NCBI GenBank assembly: GCA_029953675.1
Contig: JAMWBK010000004.1
Span: 2,666,001-2,730,000 of the forward strand
Reading direction: 5' to 3'
DNA: 64,000 nucleotides
DNA from: Rhodosorus marinus CCMP1338
Taxonomy: Eukaryota > Plantae > Rhodophyta
Shown: one piece after another, positions 1 through 10,245 of the stretch
Numbering within the stretch: position 1 is the first letter of the stretch
How the letters are laid out: each line of letters starts with the position of its first letter
Position numbers and translations under genes: made by a program
The notes under the pieces: model-generated
What the model was told of the DNA's origin: nothing
Seen by the model: the letters and a program-made list of their open reading frames with translations, nothing else
The model's database searches: none

Positions 1-72
1 CCGCAGAATAATGAGTGGATCTGGCATTTTCCCCGTGAAGAAGCGTTGTGCATCGTAGGGTACTTGGTTTTA

Positions 73-517
73 TCAACTTTTCTTATCCGGTTCCGAGACT
101 TGGGCGGTGATGTGTTCGATACTCGCATCCAAAGTGTCAATGACGTGGTTTGGCTTTTCGATCCTAACGGAGCTCTGGTTCCTTTTCCTGATCCACTTGT
201 GATACTAAACTTGCAAAGGAAAAAGCTTTCAAATGATCGCATTTCCTGTGCCAGCTGATCTGAGCGATCTGTTCTCCCACCTGCGATTCCTTTGCTTTTT
301 CAAAACTTGGATCACGAGGATCTTCCGCCGTGACATTCAACAGCCACAGCTCAGGTACCTCGAGCTCAGCTTTGAAGATAGTTGATGATCGTGAATCCAC
401 ATCAAATGGAGCGAACATTCGTTTTTCAATCCGTCGTTCCGCACCTGACGATCAACAATGCGGGAACAGAAGAGGAGTCCTACAAGGCTAGACTTGTGGA
501 GCAGGGTTTCAAAGACC
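73..517 (-). CDS. 3' exons of a hypothetical protein (...TFDPGAERRIEKRMFAPFDVDSRSSTIFKAELEVPELWLLNV...YHKWIRKRNQ...VIDTLDASIEHITAQVSEPDKKS*); 5' end unresolved
   Basis: In-frame joining across GT-AG introns 445-516 and 205-280; stop at 73-75. The C-terminus loosely resembles the end of small P-loop kinases, but no family was recognised. Confidence 0.3.
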
Positions 518-1065
518 TGGATCGAAAGTCTTGACGACGTATGAAAGAAAAAAAATTAGATGAGCGTCGACATGGGCTTGAGAGAGACAACCCCTGGCAA
601 GGATAACATTCTGGAATGCACAGTCTTCTCCAGCGCGTTGCCGGGCCTTGATACAACGTGTGGTACACTGAATGCATCCCAATACCTCAGAGCTAGCGAG
701 CCTGGCTATAGCGGTCCGCCGGAGCTTCGTCGAGACCCGTCTTGCTTGTATTTTAGTTTTTAGGTATGGGCTCAGTGTGCGCAGCGACGAATGCTCTCTA
801 TGATGTCTTTACTATAGAATATTGTGCGTTTTTGGGCACGTAGCCTCTTCATTGTTTTTTGTTTCCGAGACGTGATCCATGTACGAGAAGAATCTAACCT
901 CGGATCCAACAAAGCAAAAATTTCTCACGGGATTCGTTCAGCAGCGACGCAGCATGTGAGTTAGAAGTCATTAGAAAGAGTGTACTCCGCCGGAGGAATA
1001 CAGAGAGCCTTGACATGTCCCCTAAGCAACGCTGGATGATCCACACGCTACCACTGTCGGCTTTC

Positions 1066-2389
1066 CTATTCCTCTTCATTGAGATCTACAAACCTGTCTT
1101 TGGAGGCACCGCATTGAGGACAAGCGAAATCGCTTCCGAAAAACTTAAACTCCCTTCCTGCAGCTGGGAATAGCGTATACCTGGTGGATCGAAGCAAAAG
1201 GGATGCTTAGCTTTCGAAGGGAGAAAACCGCCCCTGTGAATCTCTAATGGTGAGCACCAAGATACCCGCAGTCAAGGCACTGGTAAGCGTGAACTGTTGG
1301 TTGCTGCTCAATCGGTTCCACTGGAGCCTCTAAGTTTTCTCCAGAGCTCAGTGCCTGCTCCTCTGCTTCGAGAGCCTTCGCTGCTTCCTCCTCTCTCAAT
1401 CTTTGACGCTCAAGGACAACGCTACGGAAAATACTCTCCGCTTCTCCTTGAGAAAGCTTCAAGACGTCGGCCTCCCGAGCTGGGGCCATCGTAGCTTCCT
1501 CCTCGTCCAATGCATGTTCGCAAGCCTGTCAAAATTCTTAGACTTAGTTGTGATTCCGATTGCATGCCATTATTCCGCAAACATTTCTAAATCTTACCTC
1601 ACGATAAACACGGTCAAGGACAGACCTCTGCAAATCATCGACGGTGGAACTACCATAGCGGAACATCTTCCTGATTTCCAGCTTTTCCAGGGCCTTTGCG
1701 CCAAGAATTCGCTCCGCTGCGAACAGGATCTTTCCAAGAACTGAGGGTTGCGACCTCACCTCCAGTCCTACTTCATTGAAGCACAGCACCGCCTTTGAAT
1801 CTGAGATCTTGAGGAGCTCTTTCGCGTCCTGTACTCTCTCGATCGTTTCCACCGACATGACACCACCTGTGAACAACTCGCGTGTGAAAGACTTGAACAT
1901 CTGGCCTCGGAGAACGCCAGGCCCAAGCTTCTTCTTGAAAGTCCGAGTAATCTCGCGCATATTTTCATATGTATTCCCGTACAACGCGACGTCCTCGCCG
2001 TACTGCGTTACGAGATCTTGCTGACGTTGAACGAATCGCTTAGCTCCTACATAACCGATTCCACCCGCAGCTATAAGGAGGCAAATGACTGGTACAGCAT
2101 CCCAAAACCCAAACGAACGAGTTGGCTCCCCTGGATTTCCGTATTCCTGTTCCTGAACGCCAGTTGAGTAATCCTCATGAGTATTCCTCGACGGCCTCCG
2201 CATCGGCTGAATCGCCGGACTCGGCTGCGCAACAATCTCCACTTCCTGATCGATCTCCCTTCCTCCAGGCATAGAGATCCTTCTCTTCGCCGTCATATGC
2301 CACCTCACCACGCTCCTGGTGCTCCTCACGCATCGCTGCTGTCCAGCTCCAGACCAGCCCCAACTTCCAACAAAACAAGCCATGTCCAT
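1066..2389 (-). CDS. Plastid-targeted membrane protein: transit peptide, one TM helix, helical domain, acidic coil, C-terminal rubredoxin-like domain (3 exons)
   Basis: Starts M(D)MACFVGS, a red-algal-type transit peptide; TM DAVPVICLLIAAGGIGYVGA. Introns 1526-1597 and 1181-1265 give an in-frame HAYQCLDCGYTLFPAAGREFKFFGSDFACPQCGASKDRFVDLNEEE*. Confidence 0.8.
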
Positions 2390-3947
2390 CCTCACTTCCA
2401 AAACCCCACTCCCCCCCCCCCCAAAAAAATCTACTCCTTGCCTCTCAATCCTTATATCTTCAATTCCAGAATAGAACCCCCCAAAATCATCCCTTCTCAG
2501 TCTAATGTATTCTACCAGATTCATACCGTCATCCCCAACCCTCAACTCATCCTAAACAATCCTTCTTCCTCAGCTCAAAACCCTCCTCACGGCAACGCAC
2601 GATGGAGAACGCCATGCTAAACACCAATCCATATAAGAAATTCTTCGCTACCCCCAAGATATTTTCTATTTTTTGTTGAAGCAGGGTAATAAATTTACAA
2701 ACTATTATATTTTCTGGTTCACTGACCATTGTCCACTAACTCAAAAAGGGGGTTTACTTTTATCTCCACAAATCTGCTTGTGTTCTTCGGCGCTGGATTG
2801 AATCCTCTCTTTTTTTTTATTCAGAGGAGAGAATTTCCGTTCACCATACCCTCCTGATTCTACGTACCAAGATGACGTCATTTTCATTTATGCTGTATCT
2901 TATTTTCCAATTTTCTTTTTTGTTGAGGGGTGGGTACCCCCTTGGTTGTATCTTCTTTCGTCCATTGGAGGGGTGGACAGAAACTGAAGTATTTCTATTT
3001 TCTAAAACTATGGAAATATTTAGGACGAACGTGGCGCGTGAGTCGTTCTGTTTCCCCTCGGTAGGGAAATGATGCTTAACTATTTTCCGGGAAATGAATG
3101 TTGTTAGGGACTGGGTCCGTGGGACAGTCGTGATTTCAATGTCCCAGTCTGCACGTTCCTGCTGTACGCGGTAGCGCGTTGTTATCAGCTAAGCAGGATA
3201 CGTTTTTCGCTCTGCGGACTACCAGTATCCATTCTGTCGCGCGACGATGCGGCGAGGTTTTTTTTTGCTATTTGCTGATGCACACGTCGCAGGGCAACCC
3301 ATAGAGTGGCTGATCGACTGGGGGGCTCTTTGATCGCGATACGACCGACCTCGTGACGATTGTCGACAGCAACCGCGTCACTAACAAAAATCCTTTCCGC
3401 TCAGCTAGCTGATGACAATGTATCTGCGGTGAGCACCGAAGAAAGCGCAGGCTGAAGTCTCCATAGACGGCGTTGAACACCACATTGGGGGCGTTCAACG
3501 CCGTCTCAGAGCCTGAGTCATGATGTCTACCTTGGCTTTTAGACTTTTCTAAATATAGGCCCAATTTACTGTCGGAACGACGACCCGAGCTCAGGAGAAT
3601 CTGAGTAGCTGACGGGGGAGGATCATGCGGAATAGGACAACGGGCCGCCAGTCGAGGAGACGCAGACTATGCCTGCAAAAGGAGCTTCCATGGGTGTTCC
3701 GGCAGGAGATATCACACGAAACGCCGGTGATGCGGGAGCAGTATGGGTTAACCATACGCGTGTGAGGAAGGCAGGACGCCAGCCAAACGGACATATCTGA
3801 TAGCCATTGCGGGCGGGCACGGTTTTCAGCATAGTTTCAGAAGCCGAACAATACCAGCAAGCTTTGAGGTCTTCAGGATATTTGTCGGCGGGAAATCAGC
3901 CCGGGGGTTGTCCTTCTTGTAGTTGTTTCTTTCTGTTAGTGCTGCGT

Positions 3948-4019
3948 TGTCATCTCCTCAATCTTTATGTTCCTCACAATTGCGATGGACAGCTGTCCAT
4001 CGCAGTTGAGGAGATGACA
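3948..4019. repeat. Nested inverted repeat: perfect 24-bp palindrome inside a 14-bp outer stem
   Basis: tgcgatggacagctgtccatcgca (3981-4004) is self-complementary; tgtcatctcctcaa (3948-3961) pairs with ttgaggagatgaca (4006-4019). Confidence 0.9.
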
Positions 4020-4656
4020 CAAACCTGTTGAATGCGATCCGATCTAATGTTTGACCGGAAATCGCTCCACGTAGGCGTTCGATCTTCTCCTTTCCCCTGC
4101 TGCTAACCGTTCTTTGCCTTGTTTATCGATTAACTCCGTCATGCCCCATCAGAACCAAACGGGCCGTCGTCAGCAATATGCCGTAATGTGCCGCAAAACT
4201 CCAGCACGTTGACACGACAGTTCATCACAGCACGTGAAGTCATATGAAGACTTTTAGAGCCCTTCACAGCCCGCACAAAAGCCCTCCCACCACCCCATTG
4301 GCAGCCGGAAAAGGTTTCCTCGTCAACGGCAGCTGTGCGTGTTGGAGAAAAACATTTCTGTCTTCTCCTCTTCTTCCCTCTTCTAAGCTTCAACAGTCTA
4401 CTCTAGTCATGTTTCTGTTATCAGGCGCTCATTCCGAAGCAGAGATTTTCAATCTCAGCTGAGCAAGTTCGCTCCAGTGCTTAGTTCAACTCTTCATGCA
4501 TAATCCCAGTTCCTAAACTGGAGGGGCTACCCTCCAGTTTATACCTATACCTCCACGGATGTGGGCTTGGGAGAGGGGGGTTCAGATAGTTGGACCTAGT
4601 AGAACAAGACCAGGAAAGAAGGGTTTGGAATGAAGTAGTTGGCTATTCGCTGGGTC

Positions 4657-5769
4657 ATGAGCGTTTTTGGACATGTCAAGTCAAGCGAGATGGGTTTTGC
4701 ATTGACAACTCTTGAGTTGGCGCGTCGAGGTCGTCGTCGAAGGGTTTCTGTGGCAGCGGAGGGGGAAGGTGATACTAGTGGTAATGGAACTAGTCGTCCA
4801 CCAAACTCGGGAACGTATCGTACTAGTGACGTGGAGAGCACCCCCTCTCATCGGCGTCAGTTGCTCGCGGTGCCGGTAACGTCGTCAGGGTTCGGCCCGA
4901 AGGTTTCTGTGGAGGATTTGAATGGGTCTTTGCTTACCTCTGATGACCCACTTTGGTCTTTGATACAATACGAGGCTCAAGTCGGAGCTGCCAATGAACC
5001 GTTTTTGGCCACAGAGTTGTATGGCTCGGTTCTACAATATCCCTCTTTAACGGACGCGGTTTGTGTAGTACTGGCGAATAAGCTTGGAACTGGATACATG
5101 CAAGCTACACAGTGGGGAGCACTCTTGCATGATGCCTACAGCCAAGACGCGCATATCCGCCGTTGCATGCGCATGGACCTCATGGCTGTTATGGAACGAG
5201 ATCCTTCCCGTAGGCATGGTGTTGGTGTCCTGCTCTACGCTAAGGGTTGGCATGCCTTGCAGTGTTACCGACTGGCGCATTTCTTATGGAAGAGTGGTAA
5301 AGAACACATGGCGCTCTATTTGCAGTCGATGATTTCCCAGCGTTTTGGGTTGGACATTCATCCCGCCGCACAGATTGGTGGAGGAGTCTACTTTGACGAA
5401 GGCACCGGCATCGTGATCGGCGAAACTGCGGTTGTTGGGGAAAATGTGTCGATGTTTCACAACGTGACGCTCGGTGGTACTGGAAAAGATAGCGGGGATC
5501 GCCACCCAAAAGTTGACAATGGTGTTCTTATTGGAGCGGGGTCCTACATTCTCGGCAACATAAGAATTGGCAGAGGCGCGCAGGTTAACTGCCGGTCAGT
5601 GATTACGAAGAATGTCGAGGAGTTCACTGTTGTTGCTGGAGTTCCAGGCAAGGCAATAGGAAAGCTTCCACCTTACGTAGGTCCATATCCCTCGAAGATC
5701 ATGAACCATGCGCTGATGATGGAGCTCACGAACACGGAGTCGGACGTGGGAGAAGGAGTAGGTATATGA
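4657..5769 (+). CDS. cysE: Serine O-acetyltransferase (CysE/SAT) homolog with N-terminal extension, intronless; catalytic His replaced by Glu
   Basis: Motifs DLMAVMERDP, KGWHALQCYRLAH, DIHPAAQIG, VTLGGTGKDSGDRHPK, hexapeptide repeats, VAGVPG and a C-terminal GEGVGI. Start could be 4639, 4657 or 4690. Confidence 0.92.
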   Translation: MSVFGHVKSSEMGFALTTLELARRGRRRRVSVAAEGEGDTSGNGTSRPPNSGTYRTSDVESTPSHRRQLLAVPVTSSGFGPKVSVEDLNGSLLTSDDPLWSLIQYEAQVGAANEPFLATELYGSVLQYPSLTDAVCVVLANKLGTGYMQATQWGALLHDAYSQDAHIRRCMRMDLMAVMERDPSRRHGVGVLLYAKGWHALQCYRLAHFLWKSGKEHMALYLQSMISQRFGLDIHPAAQIGGGVYFDEGTGIVIGETAVVGENVSMFHNVTLGGTGKDSGDRHPKVDNGVLIGAGSYILGNIRIGRGAQVNCRSVITKNVEEFTVVAGVPGKAIGKLPPYVGPYPSKIMNHALMMELTNTESDVGEGVGI

Positions 5770-6271
5770 TTCAGCATTGCTGTTGAATTGATCCGTCCTA
5801 TTCTTATTGGAACAACATCTCTAGAGCTGCGTGCCAAGCTTTGCTGAGTTTCTATTGTATAGCCCTTGCCAAGAAACGCCATGTTTTGTACGTATCGGTC
5901 CGTAGGCCATGATCAAGTCGAGTGCGACGTTTTGGCAATTGAACTTGCGCGGAAACCATGTTGGACAATCTTGGGCACGGCTCCCGTTCAGAGGAGCAGG
6001 TAGGAATATTTACGCTCTCGTCGGACGATGATACACCAAGTAAAACGAGAAATTTGTTTATATCAGGAGTTAGTTAAAAATGGCTACAACGTCACTGTAG
6101 TATGGAGCCAGCCCGTGTCCAATTTGCGATTCATTCTGTAGGCACGACGAGGGAGAAGAGTCTCCACTCCCACGTCGTTCCGTCGCTGGTAGTTAGCTTC
6201 CTCAGCAAACAACCAAGCATTGGACGGATGTCGGCGCCGGGATGAGCACGGTTCGCAGCACGGTCTCACCG

Positions 6272-7771
6272 TCACGACCGTCTCGGGGGTTCAAATCCCC
6301 ATGCTTCCAGCGAGACGCACTCAAACTCAACCGAGGAGCAAAGGCAATGGTTTCCAAACGTCTGCGACTCATCGGAGGTGCCGTGCAGAAAGTCTGAATC
6401 AATCCAAAACGCAAAATGTCCACCCCCGCCCATGGCTAGGTGAACATCATTGCTTAGCTGAAAGTACGAATTCGATCGCGTCCATCTGAAGACCTCAAAT
6501 TTTGGAATTACGGAGAACACAAAACACTCTCCTGTGCCGTAGTAGCTCTTCTCAACCTTCCACGGCGCCGAGGCAAATCCCCCGAAAACTGCGTCGTTTG
6601 TTGCTTTTATCAGAACGAAAGTTGGCGATCGCTTCTCACATCGAGAGTAGAAGGTTTGGAGGCTGATACCGTCCCTCATGGTCGAGTAGACCAACGACAG
6701 GTCGCTGTTCCGATACCTAGGGGGTACCTGATCGTAGATCATGAGCATTTTCTCGATGTCCAGCAGTTTCGAGTCTTCAGAAAGTCTTGGTGTATAATCC
6801 GAAATCTTTCTTGTAACTTTCAGTTTTTCCAACTTCAATTCCTGGGTGCTTTCCAGCTTTCCCAAATCCACGTTTCCGTTGTCAGGTACATTCAAGCCCG
6901 CAGCCAAAGGTGATTGCCTTGATCGCGAGGTTGATCGCGGGGTTGAAGGAAGGCTCCCCTTCCTCCGCAGCTTGAGCGAGGAGTCTCCGCGCTTCAAGGA
7001 GACGAGTGGATTGCTCTGCAGCATTTCAGAAAGAAGTCGGGAGTGAACAGCAGCAATGGGGTCGTGGAATCCAACGAATCGAACGGGCTCGCCGTTGGAT
7101 CTCTCAATGACGAGAGGACTCAACATGCCCTGCGTGAGAAATTGAGACTGTGTATCTCCAACCTCTTGGATTTTCTCTCCAAGTACAAAGTCTCCACCTT
7201 CTGTCGAGATTTCGAACTCACAATCTTCGTCACCATCCGCTCGAGGAACCCCTGTGAAATCTGGCTCGAACTTGACCCTGTCCGAATAAATATAGCAAGT
7301 CCCAGGCATGTACTTGTCTTTGATCCTCACGGCCGTATCAACCTGCACAGGTGCTTCCCCAACCACAGGAATTTCCTTCCGAGATTCAATTGCTGTTTTG
7401 ACAACTCTCTCAATTCTTCCCGGAAGAGGTCTTTTCGTGACAGATCTCCACGATCTCTTTAAAGCATTCAACTCAGCCTTGAGCGAGTCCCTCTCGAACT
7501 TTGCCTGCTCGAAGCCAACCTTACCAGCCAACAGTTCCTTTTCCAACCTCGCAACCTCCCCATCTGCACTGCCCTGGTTCTCCGCATCTACCTCGAGTTT
7601 CTCATTCTCCAGATCCAATTCTTCCAATATCTTTCGGTTCCTTTCCAACTCTTTCCGAAGGTTGTCAGCCTTCTCCTTCGACGAGGTCACCTCCAACTCA
7701 AGCTCAGCCTTCTCCTTCCGCAACGACTCGACTTTCCTCCGCCAGAAATCATCCTCCTGGTTTGCCGACAT
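6272..7771 (-). CDS. TLDc-domain protein (OXR1/NCOA7-like) with N-terminal coiled coil and GRAM/PH-like segment
   Basis: TLDc motifs LVYSTMRDGISLQTFY, VFGGFAS, YYGTGECFVF, LAMGGGGHFAFWID, SQTFGNHCL, LEAWGF. The frame is open to 7942; likely start is MSANQ at 7771. Confidence 0.9.
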   Translation of the reverse strand: MSANQEDDFWRRKVESLRKEKAELELEVTSSKEKADNLRKELERNRKILEELDLENEKLEVDAENQGSADGEVARLEKELLAGKVGFEQAKFERDSLKAELNALKRSWRSVTKRPLPGRIERVVKTAIESRKEIPVVGEAPVQVDTAVRIKDKYMPGTCYIYSDRVKFEPDFTGVPRADGDEDCEFEISTEGGDFVLGEKIQEVGDTQSQFLTQGMLSPLVIERSNGEPVRFVGFHDPIAAVHSRLLSEMLQSNPLVSLKRGDSSLKLRRKGSLPSTPRSTSRSRQSPLAAGLNVPDNGNVDLGKLESTQELKLEKLKVTRKISDYTPRLSEDSKLLDIEKMLMIYDQVPPRYRNSDLSLVYSTMRDGISLQTFYSRCEKRSPTFVLIKATNDAVFGGFASAPWKVEKSYYGTGECFVFSVIPKFEVFRWTRSNSYFQLSNDVHLAMGGGGHFAFWIDSDFLHGTSDESQTFGNHCLCSSVEFECVSLEAWGFEPPRRS

Positions 7772-8599
7772 CTTTGCTAACGTCTCGATCTTAACTCGAT
7801 GCTGAACCTCAGCGATCCCTCCTTCCTCCTCTACTCCTCGAAGACGATTCCCGTGAAGTGCCAAGACAATGAGAGCCTTTTTCTCACAGCGGCACTGCTC
7901 TAGCCAACACAGAGCTAGCTCTGTGTTGTCACAGGTGCTCACTTTGCCCCAAAAACGTGAGGGATTGAGGCCGTAACATTGGTCAGCGCTATTTGCCCAG
8001 GAGGATGTGATGAACTGGGTGTATAATATTGGTTAGTTTTATTTGGCCAGGAAAACATGTGTTTGTGAACGGATCTGTCAGTTCAGTTTTAAAAACTTCG
8101 CTTGTTTGGAAGGATTTGGAACGTATTCTACTTTACCCACACAGGCCTTATCTCTTGACAACCGCAAAGAAATACAAAGCAACGCTGAACTAACGATGAA
8201 TAAACAGAAGACGATCTCTCAAGCAGACTGAAAGGCTTTCCGCAAGCCTCCGCAAAAAGAACCCACACCCGCGGGCGGAAATTTCACCTTCGCTTTGGGG
8301 ATTGATCACTGTTGCACTAGGAGACATAGATACAAGAGTTTCTGTAAACGCAGCTCTTCACAGATGCTTTTTCGAACGTCCAAAAGCGTTCGATGACAGC
8401 GTCTGTCAGCATTGTGGCTTATGCAACAAAACCCAAGCAGAGGATCCCTCCATCTCCTTTCAACGGATGATAATGACTGCAATCAATCAATCATAAATTA
8501 TTTATATTTTTCTAGAAAAAGTAATTTCATTTCCCAAAACAAATAAACACGTTGCTGAACAAACGAGGGCTTGAGGCATCCGCAACGACAAGAACGAGA

Positions 8600-8680
8600 T
8601 TTACCACACGCAAAGGATATATTCGATAGAAAGGAACATGTTTACCACATGTAAAGGATATATTCGATAGAAAGGAACAT
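8600..8680. repeat. Tandem duplication of a 41-bp unit (2 copies)
   Basis: tttaccacacgcaaaggatatattcgatagaaaggaacatg followed directly by tttaccacatgtaaaggatatattcgatagaaaggaacat, 2 mismatches, no spacer. Confidence 0.9.
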
Positions 8681-9339
8681 CTTCCCTTTAAGCTCCGATT
8701 TTATTTAGACGAGTCTATATGTATCTCCCATCTAATTGGACAACGTGTAGCGTGAAAGTATTTATATCTAAGGTCACCCATTATTCGTTTGGTTTTGAAA
8801 AATGAAGCATGTCCGGACGCTTCTGCTATCGTAATAAACAACCGAATAGACAGCCTGTCATCTAGATCTTTTCTCCAACAATTTTGCTTCGGCACAAGTA
8901 CACAGAAATCGAGGTTTTTGACCTGAAATCGAAGGGCTTACTTGATATTGGGATTGGGAATGGGATTTGGAGTGTTATAGTGTTATGGGAGGTGGTAGGG
9001 AGGGGGCAGGTAGGCGCGGTATACCTCGGGGGATACGAGGAAAAGGGATGAGAGCGACCCGCATTGTTCCTTTTTGCTTTGCTTTTTCGTTAAACCTGTA
9101 GGATAGGAACTCGAACTACGTCCTGGCTCTTCTGTTTCTTAGGTTTTTCTTTGTGGATGCGAAGAGCGTTTTGCGGGTTAACTTGTTGACTGGGCTCTGG
9201 GCTGTGACAGTGTAGTCACTCCTTGTTGTTGGGCGTTAGTGTGGGGTAGTGGCGAGGAATTGGTGCTAGAGTAGGGTATAAGGGCGCCTGATTGCGTTGT
9301 CCTTGCTGTTGGTTCTGTGGTTGTTTTCTTTTATGTACT

Positions 9340-10245
9340 ATGGCTGAAGCTGGACCTTCAACTCCTGGGCCTAATCCTGTGGTGAGTATGCGTGTGTGGC
9401 TCTGTGTTCCTCGAGAATATGTTTTGCGATTTTTCAATCCTCCTCTTCGCGTGACTGCCGGTAAAAGGAGCTTTTGAATTTTTTTTTCGTTTAGGCGAAG
9501 GGGGAGAATGTCAAATATACAGCAGTTGTTAGAGCGGGTGATAGAGTACCAATCGCGACATATGCAGCCGTTAGCAACCGGGAAATTCCTGAAAGCCTGA
9601 TGGAAGACAAGCTGGACAGGCTTTTGGGGAGCGGGAGAATCAGTGAAAAGAGTCGCTTGACTATCACAGATAAGGATGTTGGAAGCATTCACTATGATTC
9701 AGGCCCGGACTACCTCTTTCTCGGTAAGGAGCAAGCTATGCGACGGTGCGAAAGTGAACAAATCGGTTAACTTTGGCTGCTCGTATGCGAATCTAGTAAT
9801 ATGTGACCGAGAATATCCCCAACGAACAGCTTTCAAGTTCCTTGCTGACTTGGGGCAGTTTTTCGGACAGCGCTTTGGTGAAGAGGGTTTGCAGTGTCCG
9901 CCATTCGGGCTCAGCGGCCCCGCAAAGCCGCTCCTCAAGGACCTGTGCTCTGAGTACAATGTAATTGAGAATGTGGATAAGATCACTGGTGTTCAAACGC
10001 AGGTCGACGATGTTAAGAACGTCATGCAAAGCAATATATCTAACGTCCTCCAAAACCAAGAGAATTTGAACGTTTTGCTCGACAAGTCGGACGCAATGAG
10101 AAATGAAGCAAACGCTTTCAGCCGCAACGCTGGTTCCGCGAAGAAGAAGTTCTGGTGGCAAAATGTCAAATTGATGATCATCATCGGGGTTCTAGTTGCA
10201 GTTTTAATTGCAATCATCGTCGGAGCAGTTTTGAAAGCGACATGA
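9340..10245 (+). CDS. VAMP7-like longin R-SNARE, paralog A (3 exons; Asn at zero layer)
   Basis: Exons 9340-9381, 9495-9723, 9797-10245 join in frame. Longin motif YPQRTAF, synaptobrevin coil, WWQN, C-terminal TM MIIIGVLVAVLIAIIVGAVL. Confidence 0.92.

Noticed and set aside
6283-6310. tRNA T-arm-like motif ggggttcaaatcccc followed by ...cca
   Set aside because: It lies antisense to the WGFEP codons of the TLDc gene, and no acceptor stem or D arm forms at the right spacing.
8600-8680. Possible CRISPR-like repeat
   Set aside because: Only two abutting copies with no spacer, in a eukaryotic context without cas genes.
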